DNA of 64,000 nucleotides from a virus, in IMG/VR virus record IMGVR_UViG_3300032268_001605, positions 75,251 through 139,250 of that record. One strand, given 5' to 3'. The first letter of the stretch is position 1. Every line of letters starts with the position of its first letter. The notes beneath the pieces are model-generated. The model did no database searches. It saw nothing but the letters and a program-made list of their open reading frames with translations, and was not told where the DNA came from. The position numbers were made by a program, and so were the translations under genes. Below are positions 19,405 to 29,108 of the stretch, piece by piece.

Positions 19405-21786
19405 ATGGCATCACCCTTAGGTTTAAGTTTTAAGAATGAAAATAATGGTTTACCATCTATAAATGGAAGAAGCGTCAACTACCGAGTTGTACAGGGTAAA
19501 GCAGTACAATCAATTTTCGGTTCAGGGCAATTTTCACCCTATCCACTATCTTCAAATGCTGCCACAGGTAATGTAGAAAAAATGAGTGGCCCAACTGAAA
19601 TACATGCTGATGAAAGAAATGATATTTCAATTTCTTCGATAATCGAATATTGTTCAAAACACTCAGCTATGAAATTAGACTATTCACATTTTGCCTACCT
19701 GAAAAACGTAGGTGTTTTTCCAAATAATAGGCTTATAATAGCAAGAAGATTCAGCGCTGGTGTAGGAAATGATTTAACAGCTATTGCAGGTCCACCACTT
19801 TCAACGATTGTGACTTATTTTAGTGACCAAGAGGAATGTTTTACAATTACTTTTAATGAAGTCTATAAAGAATCGGAGGGTTCTTTTGAGGAAGTACTAA
19901 ATGATATTGGTGATGATGTTCTTATGGGTGATAATAAGGGCGGTAAACTTGGTACTGAAGCTGCAGGTGGATTCGGTGTAATACCTCTACCGGGTATAAT
20001 GGAAGGTGTGCAGCACATCGTCTTAAATAAACTTGGACTTTCTAATATAGGTGGCCCTGGTGATTCACCACTTGGCAACCCAAATTTAATAAGAGAAGCT
20101 AAACAAAGAGACATTCCTGGTAAGGGTAAAGCGGGTTCAGCCTTAGCGGCTAAATTTACAGTAACAATGACAGTAGAATATGAGCAGAAATTTATAAATG
20201 GTGTGGATCCAACATTGGTTTATTTAGACTTAATACAAAATGCATTAACATTTGGGACTTCAGATTCAGTTTTTCAATTTAGTAGTGCCTTTGGCACAGG
20301 TGTCACTGGATTTATAAAAGATCTGATATCTGGTAATGTAAATGCTATTGTTTCAGCTATAACACAGTTTATAACTAGTCTAATAACTGCTATGAAGGAT
20401 ATAGTTGTACAATTTGCAAATCAATTAATTACAGAGTTAGAACAAGCAAGTAAAGAACCAGAGCAATCAGATGATAAAAACAAAAAAGAAAAGGAGCAGA
20501 TCGCGAAGTCACAAAATTTATTTTTAGATAAATTAAATTCAATTACAAGTGCGACAATAGGTACAATTGTATCAAGATATAAAGTTCGACTACTGGGTAT
20601 AGCTAATGCACTGACTGGGGCACCATCAACACCTTGGCATGTAACAATCGGAAATCCTAAAAAACCGATATTCAGCTCTGGTGATATGGAATGTACCAAA
20701 GTTACTCTCACACTTGGACCAACATTAGCTTTTAACGACTTACCATCATCCATAAAATTGGATATAGATCTATCTAATGCTCGACCACTTGGTGCACAAG
20801 AAATATTTAATAGATTTAATACGGGAAGAGGTAGAAGTTATGTTAGAACAAATCTTTCATTTGTGGAAACTAACGATGCGCTTATTCAAAATGAAGTTGT
20901 TAAGAAAGTAGATCAATTGAATAAAGAAAATAATGCTGAAACTCAAAAACCTGCACCATCGAGTAGCGCAACCGCACAAACTTCACCTGCTGATGGTAGC
21001 TCGAATAAGAACCAAGCTACAGAGGGTGTAAATAACGGGATCGTAATAGTTACACCACCTGCGGTGACTAAAGATCCTTATTTAGTTGATTTCTCTAATA
21101 CTGGAGTTGAATGGGGTGTTAAACAAACAGAACCACCAGTTGGAAATAGAACAGTTACTGGTGATAGCACTACACCTATCACAACACAACCTGTAGGTGT
21201 AACATCCTCAAATCAATCAAGTAATAATCCAAGTACACCTACGTCAATTTTGGCACAAGCAACGGATTCTTCAATAGTTCCATTGGCACCATCAATACCG
21301 GGTCTTGCCTCAACGCCACTCACTTTTGGTACTAACCCACCTGAATTTTTACCACCATCAACAGGGTTACCTCTGACTGTACCTGGTGCGTCTTCATCAC
21401 CTGCTGTATTACCAACTAATGCGACAACAACACTGGCTATACAATCTCGGTTTTCAACGATTACACCTGATACTACTACTCAATCTTCAACACCTCCACC
21501 ACCTCAAAATATACCAGCTCAGCCAACTGTTACAGCAGCAACTACAAGTATAACTGAACCTCCATCTGTTCTTACAACACTTACTGATAATGTTTTTGAT
21601 GATGATGGTCAATTAACTGCAATAAGAGTGTTGATATTAAATAATGGTAAGGTTATAAAAAAACAGGATTTTAGTTCAGTCACATTTACTACAGAAAGTG
21701 CTCTAAATGCAGCGAGAGCTGAAATTTCATTTGGTGTTGTTGGTAATGATGGTAGGTTCTATGTACAAGGACAAGTTCCAAAATAA
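19405..21786 (+). CDS. probable baseplate/tail-tube junction structural protein with Pro/Thr/Ser-rich linker
   Basis: First gene of baseplate operon; 'PWHVTIGNP..PI...GDM.C..V.L.LG..LAFNDLP..I' beta-rich segment; AATATATA upstream. Confidence 0.55.
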   Translation: MASPLGLSFKNENNGLPSINGRSVNYRVVQGKAVQSIFGSGQFSPYPLSSNAATGNVEKMSGPTEIHADERNDISISSIIEYCSKHSAMKLDYSHFAYLKNVGVFPNNRLIIARRFSAGVGNDLTAIAGPPLSTIVTYFSDQEECFTITFNEVYKESEGSFEEVLNDIGDDVLMGDNKGGKLGTEAAGGFGVIPLPGIMEGVQHIVLNKLGLSNIGGPGDSPLGNPNLIREAKQRDIPGKGKAGSALAAKFTVTMTVEYEQKFINGVDPTLVYLDLIQNALTFGTSDSVFQFSSAFGTGVTGFIKDLISGNVNAIVSAITQFITSLITAMKDIVVQFANQLITELEQASKEPEQSDDKNKKEKEQIAKSQNLFLDKLNSITSATIGTIVSRYKVRLLGIANALTGAPSTPWHVTIGNPKKPIFSSGDMECTKVTLTLGPTLAFNDLPSSIKLDIDLSNARPLGAQEIFNRFNTGRGRSYVRTNLSFVETNDALIQNEVVKKVDQLNKENNAETQKPAPSSSATAQTSPADGSSNKNQATEGVNNGIVIVTPPAVTKDPYLVDFSNTGVEWGVKQTEPPVGNRTVTGDSTTPITTQPVGVTSSNQSSNNPSTPTSILAQATDSSIVPLAPSIPGLASTPLTFGTNPPEFLPPSTGLPLTVPGASSSPAVLPTNATTTLAIQSRFSTITPDTTTQSSTPPPPQNIPAQPTVTAATTSITEPPSVLTTLTDNVFDDDGQLTAIRVLILNNGKVIKKQDFSSVTFTTESALNAARAEISFGVVGNDGRFYVQGQVPK

Positions 21787-21801
21787 AAAAAATTATAATT
21801 T

Positions 21802-22263
21802 ATGAAATTATTTGATTTAGATTCACTGAGAAAAGACCCAGAACAAAATAATTTGTATAATTTATTTGAGCCTACTTTCAGAGTACTCCAGAATTATCAG
21901 CAGAACATTTTTGTAGCTGATAGGGACTGTGAAATGAGAATGGATATTGTTTGTGATAAAATATTCAATAGAGTCAATTCGCTCGATGGTATTCTACACT
22001 TGAATGATATAGATAATCCTCTCAATATAATGGAAAATGACACAATTTATTTTACATCAGAAGAAGCTTTGAATGACTTTAAATTAAATGAGGTAGATAA
22101 GAAAGAAATTAGAAATCAATTAACTAATCAAAACAAAACAACTAAAAAAGATAAAAATAGAGAGAAATACGTTGAAGATAATTTTTCACTACCACCTACC
22201 GTTCTACCACAACCAAAATCTTCTATTTCATTCGAGGGGGATAAAATTGTTTTAGGATTATAA
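21802..22263 (+). CDS. baseplate wedge protein, gp53/LysM-like
   Basis: 'MRMDIVCDKIF...ILHLNDIDNPLNIMENDTI' pattern and position before hub gene. Confidence 0.7.
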   Translation: MKLFDLDSLRKDPEQNNLYNLFEPTFRVLQNYQQNIFVADRDCEMRMDIVCDKIFNRVNSLDGILHLNDIDNPLNIMENDTIYFTSEEALNDFKLNEVDKKEIRNQLTNQNKTTKKDKNREKYVEDNFSLPPTVLPQPKSSISFEGDKIVLGL

Positions 22264-22277
22264 ATTACAAATAAATC

Positions 22278-25200
22278 ATGGGTAAAATAATTCCAACACT
22301 TGACCGCACAAGACTATCTAATTTGGAGTCTCTCTATACCGCAATTAAGAATAGTACCATTAAAAACAAATTTGTTCAAGCTGGTATTCTTGCAGTTTGT
22401 GCAAAAGAATCTGGGTTTACTCTCGTTGCGGAGTTAGATTGGAGAAGCACTAAAGATCCAAAGTATATTCGTTCTATATTCGGAAGTAAACTAGCCGAGT
22501 TGACAGATAAACAAATAATAGAATTGAAAAATGACCCAGAAGATTGGTTCGATTATTTATATGGAGGACAAGCTGGTAATTCTCAAGCACTAAAAAAATT
22601 CAATGCACTGAATAGAAAATTACCAAGAAGTGAAGGATACAAATATAGAGGTCGCGGATATAACCAATTAACCTTCAAAGGTAATTATGAATTTTATTCA
22701 AAATTAATCAAGGTAGATATTGTCACTAATCCCGACTCAATGCTGAAGCCAGATGTTGCCGCCAAAGTATTAGTTGCCTATATGGTTTCAAGCTTCCAAA
22801 GCAAGGCACTTTTGGCAAAATGGGGTGTTAAAGACACAATCAATAACGTTAATAATTTACTAGACGGGGTAGGTCTTCCTTACCATGCTACTGGTGGTGC
22901 CGGATACTCCAAACAAGCAGTCATTGATTTAGTTCCTACTGGATGGAAGAGAGCGAATGAATACGCTGCCGAATTCTACGAATGGATCCTTAAAAAGGAG
23001 GGTATAGTAGACCCAGGTATCACTTCTACTCCCTCAAGTAGTAGTGGACCTCAAACAACACAAGGTGGAACATCATCAGGAACATCATCAGTAGCATCCG
23101 ACTCAACAGCTATTGCTCAGGATAAAAGTAGGGGCGATATACAAGGACAAGAAGGGAACACATCTAATCCGTCTACACAAAAAACTGAGGGGGAACTAAA
23201 GAAAAACATTATACAAATAGCTGAGCCAAGATTGAAGCCAACTGTAATAAAAATGCAAATTCCACCTGGTGAGCAAACTAAAAAAGAATATCAACAAACA
23301 ATCGCACTAGTGCCTTTTGTTTGGTATGGATCTTATCAGATAGAATACAAAAATATAGAGTTTTTGCAGTTATATACTTCCTCGGGCATACCTGCATTAA
23401 AAATGGTATTTCTCGATACTTTCAATTTAATGAAAGACAGCGCTTTCCCATTAGATGATACTATAATCACTGTTTTTATTAATCCTCGTTCAGAACAATT
23501 AAAACCAATACACTTGGATTTTAAAATCATTAATTTTTCAGTAGATAAAAGGACATATACGATTACTGGAACACTCGATGCTAATGGACTCTACACAAAA
23601 AAGTTTAAATCGTTTTCAAATAGAACAAGCTATGACGCTTTAAAAGATATTAGTGGAGAAGTAGGTTTAGGTTTTGCTTCGAATATTGACACAACAAATG
23701 ATAAAATGAGTTGGATTTGCACAGGACAAAGATATGTTGAGTTTATCGAAAGTATAGTTAATAATTCTTATAAATCCGATGAGACATATCTAAGTGCCTA
23801 TATCGACTTTTACTATAACTTAATATATGTTGATGTTGAAAAAGAAAATTCAAGAAATATTAGAGAAGAGTTGGGAGTTGGTAATATCGGATTAAATGAA
23901 TTAGCCAAAGAAAAAAAAGAAATTTTAAGCAGATTACTATTAACAAATGATAAAGCATTTAGAGATACTAATAACTACTTTGCTGAACATAGGGTTATGA
24001 ATAACTCCACCTCTATTTCACTAAGAGAAGGATATTCAACAAAAATAAAGTACTATGACCAAATAAAAAAGGAATTCCTGGTTTTTGATATTGATTCTTT
24101 GACATCCTCAGAAGAAGATAAAATCATACTCAAGGGTAAACCCCAAGATGAAGGATTTTATAAAGAAAATACCGAAGTTGTCTATTTTGGAAAGTTAGAC
24201 GAAGATAATATGTTTGCTAATTACCATTATTCTTATGTACAAAATTATAGAAATTTAGTAGAACTCGGTAAGATATCGATTGAGATTTACATGAAAAGTC
24301 CAAATTTCAATCTCTATCGATATCAAAAAATCTTAGTAACTATATCTAATCAGTCCCCGAATATCACTTCAGGACAAATGAATGCGAGATTAACCGGTGA
24401 ATGGTTAATAGTAGATATCACGTATAGATATGAAAGTGGTAGATTCACACAAGTTATAAAAGTTGTTAAACGAGAATTAGAAACAGGTCCTAATGAAAAG
24501 CCACAAGAAGTTACACAAAAGAAAAAGAGAGATACAGGTAGAGGCACTTCAGAAAATCCGGACCCATCAGATACAACAACATCACAGACTCAGACTAGCA
24601 TTACACAAACAACTGCTGGTACTCAAAGTGGCGGAGATACTACTAAACCTGTGGAAAGTGTTCCTGAAACAACTAATGAAACAGCGGGGATGAATTTCAC
24701 TGTACCACCACCGCCACAAACTCCTACTAAATCTTCACCTTCTAATTTCCCTGTCAAGGCTACTTCATTCAAAAAAATAGAAAGAAACCCTACACAGATA
24801 GTTATACATTATACAGCTGGATGGCAAGTTTTAGATAAAGGTGCTGGTACCATTGATTTTTTAATGAATGGCCGAACCGATGCTCCAGGTGGACTATCTT
24901 ATCACTACATTATTTCAGTGGATGGACATATAGAGAATGTTGTTGATCCGAAATATCAAGCAGCACATAGTGGGTTTCCAATTAATGAAGTTTCTATAGG
25001 TATCTCTCTAAGTAGTCTAGGTACAACATTTGATAGTTATGGTGTTAAAGGGGCAAATGACCAAGTTGACACATTGAGAAAGTCTTCAAACAGTTATAAA
25101 AAGTCGCTTTATGGCAAAAATGAAGACTATGTTAAATTAGTTGATTTTGATGGAAATGAAAAAAAATATAGAGGATTTACATCTTGTCAGGAAGTCAGTG

Positions 25201-25460
25201 TGGCACAAATCGTAGCACTGGAAAAACTACTCAAACAATTGAAAAATAAATTTCCGACTCTGCCAAGTTATAAAGGTTTAACAAGGGAACATTATGATAT
25301 ACTATTTCCACAAGCTGGTGTAAGAAAGGGTTCATTCGGACTCGCATCTTGGAAGCAAGGCACAACAGAAATCTATTCACATTGCTCAATAGAGGTAGGT
25401 AAGGTAGATATTGCACCAACACCAAGACTTATAAACTTTTTCAAAAGACTGAGGTTATAA
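22278..25460 (+). CDS. baseplate hub protein with N-terminal GH19 lysozyme-like domain and C-terminal N-acetylmuramoyl-L-alanine amidase
   Basis: KESG and GYKYRGRGYNQLTFKGNY (GH19); central gp27-like region ending LTGEWLIVDITY; IVIHYTAG, SYHYII, AAHSG, SIGI, YSH (amidase_2). Confidence 0.8.
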   Translation: MGKIIPTLDRTRLSNLESLYTAIKNSTIKNKFVQAGILAVCAKESGFTLVAELDWRSTKDPKYIRSIFGSKLAELTDKQIIELKNDPEDWFDYLYGGQAGNSQALKKFNALNRKLPRSEGYKYRGRGYNQLTFKGNYEFYSKLIKVDIVTNPDSMLKPDVAAKVLVAYMVSSFQSKALLAKWGVKDTINNVNNLLDGVGLPYHATGGAGYSKQAVIDLVPTGWKRANEYAAEFYEWILKKEGIVDPGITSTPSSSSGPQTTQGGTSSGTSSVASDSTAIAQDKSRGDIQGQEGNTSNPSTQKTEGELKKNIIQIAEPRLKPTVIKMQIPPGEQTKKEYQQTIALVPFVWYGSYQIEYKNIEFLQLYTSSGIPALKMVFLDTFNLMKDSAFPLDDTIITVFINPRSEQLKPIHLDFKIINFSVDKRTYTITGTLDANGLYTKKFKSFSNRTSYDALKDISGEVGLGFASNIDTTNDKMSWICTGQRYVEFIESIVNNSYKSDETYLSAYIDFYYNLIYVDVEKENSRNIREELGVGNIGLNELAKEKKEILSRLLLTNDKAFRDTNNYFAEHRVMNNSTSISLREGYSTKIKYYDQIKKEFLVFDIDSLTSSEEDKIILKGKPQDEGFYKENTEVVYFGKLDEDNMFANYHYSYVQNYRNLVELGKISIEIYMKSPNFNLYRYQKILVTISNQSPNITSGQMNARLTGEWLIVDITYRYESGRFTQVIKVVKRELETGPNEKPQEVTQKKKRDTGRGTSENPDPSDTTTSQTQTSITQTTAGTQSGGDTTKPVESVPETTNETAGMNFTVPPPPQTPTKSSPSNFPVKATSFKKIERNPTQIVIHYTAGWQVLDKGAGTIDFLMNGRTDAPGGLSYHYIISVDGHIENVVDPKYQAAHSGFPINEVSIGISLSSLGTTFDSYGVKGANDQVDTLRKSSNSYKKSLYGKNEDYVKLVDFDGNEKKYRGFTSCQEVSVAQIVALEKLLKQLKNKFPTLPSYKGLTREHYDILFPQAGVRKGSFGLASWKQGTTEIYSHCSIEVGKVDIAPTPRLINFFKRLRL

Positions 25461-25490
25461 TTTATATATAAGGTAAATTATTTTTTTAAA

Positions 25491-28400
25491 ATGGCAGGTG
25501 AAGACCAAATCAGAGATAACATTGAACAATATAATCGCAGGAATAAAGCTCAATTTTCTCGACTCAATTTTTTACGAGGTGTTGGAGAAGTGGATAACGA
25601 ACTACCAATTGATGATCCCATTATTTGGAAAAAAACCTTTGAGAGAAATAGATTTCAAGACCCAACAGTATATCAAGATATAATTGATAGAGCCAAGTCA
25701 TCTAAAAAGATTGGTGAGGATCCCCTACCACCAGGTATTATGAAAGAGACACCTAATCAAATAGTTGAGGGTGCCTTAGATGGACTTGGTGATTGGAGAC
25801 AAAATTATAAAAATATTAACTATCCTGGTGTTGATTTTAAAACTGGATTCACGAAGCCACCGGTTTATCCAACTGAATACTCTAAATTCAATTATGATCC
25901 AACTAATTTAAAAACAGTAAGTCAGCCGGCACAAGAACAAATTAAGGTTAGAAAACAGTACTATAACAACTTTGAAGACTTTTCAGGTAAACAGTTTACA
26001 CATCTACTTGATTATTTTAGCGCACAAAAGGGGATTGGTGATTTTAGACCGATTCCAGATCCTGTGACAGCAGGTATTAAAGATATCTATCTCGGATCCT
26101 TCATAAAAACCTTCGACGAAAACGAAGATCCAACCATGCTAGGATATGATTTGACTATAAAAATAGACCAGTCACCACTTTTCAATGGTACAGTAGAATC
26201 ATTCATAAAACAATTTGCTGGATATGGTAATTCAGAAATCGCCACAAGACTGGAAATCTATGGTAAGTTCAAAGAACAGTTCTTTAAATTTTTTAAAAAT
26301 GACCAACCCAGCAGTCAAAATAGTCCAGTTTTCGATGGAACAAGTGGTACAAAAACATATTACCTTAAAAAAATTGGTGGACTAAATGGATTAAATGACC
26401 AAAGCGATGGAAATGAAAGTAAACAATTTGTTGATTATGGTAAAACATTCATCACTTTAGGTTTCTACGAAGATGTTACACAAAATTTAGGTTATTTGGC
26501 ATCATTATATAAATCACTTGCCTACTCACGTCTAAATGGTAAACAAATAATTCCAGGAAATGTTCTAAGATTTGATGTGGATATCACAATTACCGAAGTT
26601 AAAAAATACAATAGAGTATTTAAAAACTTATTGGATAATAAATTAGATATAGTTGTTGATAAAATATCAAAGTATGTTTACACATTATATGAATGTCAAT
26701 TTTTCTTCCCGACTCTACCGCATGGGGATTCTATAGATATGTGGGATTTGAAAACCACTGATGAGTTTGAATTCAAATTCAATTATAAATGGTCAACCCT
26801 GAGATTCGATAAAATACCGCCTATGTCACAATCTACACAGTCGAATACTCCAGAAAATGTATCAAAAGAGAAAATTGATAATAAACAACTATTACCATCA
26901 CAGGTAATGAGTGATTCAACAACGAATAATTCAATACAAGATGCAAAAATTGTAAGTGAGCCAGCAAAAGAGCCACTTAAAGAGGCAGGAGCTGTGAATT
27001 TAGAAACGAATCAAAAAGTTGAGGTATCAATTTCTAAAGGCGGAGATTTAGAATCAACAATAGAGGCTGCAAAAAATTTACCACAAGAAGCAGCCGCACC
27101 AACTGCCTTAATTAAGGATACAACAAATGCTGCACTTGAATCCAAACCGGATTTAGGAAATATCGGTGCTCAATTAGCAAAATCCTCAACTAACTTTTTA
27201 AGTGAAGCAACTAACCCATCTCAGAATCCGAATTTTGGTTTTGTGGCAGGTGCGCTTGAAAAAATTAAAAGTTCTGCCATATCCCCAACTATGGGAGCAT
27301 TCACTAAAAACCTAGTTGGTGGCGGACTGATAGGTGGGAATATTGGAGCACTTACAAGTAACCTGAATATATCTAATATTGGAAATGCACTTGGAAAAAT
27401 TAATGCCTCTGCTATAGCACCTCAATTAGGAGCATTTACTAAAAATTTAGTTGGTGGATCACTACAAGGCGGTAACCTACTAAATGCCATACCTAAGAAT
27501 TTAAATATTAGCTCGGTCACAAATGCACTAAAAAGTATCAACGCTTCTGCGATAGCCCCAACAATTGGTAACTTCACTAAAAATTTAGTTGGTGGTGCCC
27601 TAAAAGGAGGTAACCTTCTTAATGCTCTACCAGGAAATTTAAATCTTGGGTCAGTTACAAATGCCCTAAAAAGTATCAATGCGTCAGCTATAGCACCTCA
27701 ATTAGGAGCATTCACTAAAAATTTAATCGGTGGTTCCCTGAAAGGTGGTAATCTACTAAATTCCATACCTAAGAATTTAAATTTGGGTAGTGTTGGTGAT
27801 GCACTAAAACGCATTAACACATCTGCGATAGCACCTCAGATTGGAGCTTTCACTAAAAATCTAATAGGTGGTACCTTACAAGGCGGTAATCTACTAAATG
27901 CCATACCTAAGAATTTAAATTTAGGTTCTGTCACAAATGCTCTAAAAAGTATAAACGCTTCAGCAATAGCTCCAACACTGGGTAATTTCACTAAGAACTT
28001 AGTTGGTGGTGCCCTGAAAGGTGGTAATCTACTTAATGCTATACCCAAAAATTTAAATTTAGGTTCTGTTACAAATGCCTTAAAAAGTATAAACGCTTCA
28101 GCAATAGTCCCAACAATTGGTAATTTCACTAAAAATCTAGTTGGTGGTGCTCTGAAAGGTGGTGATCTACTAAATTCCATACCTAAGAATTTAAATTTAG
28201 GTTCTGTCACAAATGCCTTAAAAAGTATAAACGCTTCAGCAATAGCCCCAACACTAGGCAATTTCACAAAAAATTTAGTTGGTGGTGCACTAAAGGGCGG
28301 TAATCTACTTAATGCCATACCTAAGAATTTAAATTTAGGTTCTGTCACAAATGCCCTAAAAAGTATAAACGCCTCAGCAATAGCTCCGACAATAGGTAAT

Positions 28401-29093
28401 TTTACCAAGAACTTAGTTGGCGGTGCCCTGAAAGGTGGTGATCTACTAAATGCCATACCTAAGAATTTAAATTTAGGTAATATCGGTGAAGCGCTGAAAA
28501 GTATTAACACATCTGCAATAGTACCTCAATTGGGGGCTTTCACTAAAAATTTAATCGGTGGTACTTTACAGGGAGGCAATATCTTAAATTCATTACCGGG
28601 TAATTTGAATCTCGGAAAGGTAACAGATGCTCTAAAAAGTATCAACGCTTCTGCGATAGCCCCTCAAATAGGAGCCTTCACTAAAAATTTAGTTGGGGGT
28701 GCAATTCAAGGAGTTGATTTAGGTTCAACAGTCGGTAATGTAGTAAATTCAGTAATAAATAATAAACCAATTGATGAAACATTGAAAAGTCTATCTAAAC
28801 AAGTGAATCAACAATTCGTTATAGATCAGCTAGACAAATTAAAGTCCTCAGCTATATCACCTTCAGTTAAGGGATTCGCTCAAGATATAATTGGCGGTGC
28901 TCCATCCGGAAAACCAAACAAGACTACAGTAAATAATATAATGACTAGTCAAGCTTCTCTACTGAATAAGACTCTGGCAAACATATCTAATGTAGTTCCT
29001 ATTTCCACAAAACCACTAACAAACAGCGCAACAAACAAAGTTCAAAATTTTGTAGGACAATCCTTGAGAGGATTTTTTACAAAACCAAAATAA
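25491..29093 (+). CDS. large structural protein with 46-aa tandem repeats
   Basis: 1200 aa; lies between hub and gp5; tail-tube-like beta segment 'YVYTLYECQF'; 11 FTKNL repeats. Confidence 0.7.
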   Translation: MAGEDQIRDNIEQYNRRNKAQFSRLNFLRGVGEVDNELPIDDPIIWKKTFERNRFQDPTVYQDIIDRAKSSKKIGEDPLPPGIMKETPNQIVEGALDGLGDWRQNYKNINYPGVDFKTGFTKPPVYPTEYSKFNYDPTNLKTVSQPAQEQIKVRKQYYNNFEDFSGKQFTHLLDYFSAQKGIGDFRPIPDPVTAGIKDIYLGSFIKTFDENEDPTMLGYDLTIKIDQSPLFNGTVESFIKQFAGYGNSEIATRLEIYGKFKEQFFKFFKNDQPSSQNSPVFDGTSGTKTYYLKKIGGLNGLNDQSDGNESKQFVDYGKTFITLGFYEDVTQNLGYLASLYKSLAYSRLNGKQIIPGNVLRFDVDITITEVKKYNRVFKNLLDNKLDIVVDKISKYVYTLYECQFFFPTLPHGDSIDMWDLKTTDEFEFKFNYKWSTLRFDKIPPMSQSTQSNTPENVSKEKIDNKQLLPSQVMSDSTTNNSIQDAKIVSEPAKEPLKEAGAVNLETNQKVEVSISKGGDLESTIEAAKNLPQEAAAPTALIKDTTNAALESKPDLGNIGAQLAKSSTNFLSEATNPSQNPNFGFVAGALEKIKSSAISPTMGAFTKNLVGGGLIGGNIGALTSNLNISNIGNALGKINASAIAPQLGAFTKNLVGGSLQGGNLLNAIPKNLNISSVTNALKSINASAIAPTIGNFTKNLVGGALKGGNLLNALPGNLNLGSVTNALKSINASAIAPQLGAFTKNLIGGSLKGGNLLNSIPKNLNLGSVGDALKRINTSAIAPQIGAFTKNLIGGTLQGGNLLNAIPKNLNLGSVTNALKSINASAIAPTLGNFTKNLVGGALKGGNLLNAIPKNLNLGSVTNALKSINASAIVPTIGNFTKNLVGGALKGGDLLNSIPKNLNLGSVTNALKSINASAIAPTLGNFTKNLVGGALKGGNLLNAIPKNLNLGSVTNALKSINASAIAPTIGNFTKNLVGGALKGGDLLNAIPKNLNLGNIGEALKSINTSAIVPQLGAFTKNLIGGTLQGGNILNSLPGNLNLGKVTDALKSINASAIAPQIGAFTKNLVGGAIQGVDLGSTVGNVVNSVINNKPIDETLKSLSKQVNQQFVIDQLDKLKSSAISPSVKGFAQDIIGGAPSGKPNKTTVNNIMTSQASLLNKTLANISNVVPISTKPLTNSATNKVQNFVGQSLRGFFTKPK
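27255..28720 (+). repeat. 11 intragenic tandem repeats of 138 bp (46 aa)
   Basis: FTKNL codons at 27300, 27435 and then every 138 nt to 28677. Confidence 0.95.
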
Positions 29094-29108
29094 TGATTAG
29101 AAATAAAT

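Noticed and set aside
27422-28510. Minus-strand ORFs of 85 and 224 aa
   Set aside because: Antisense shadows of the 138-bp coding repeat
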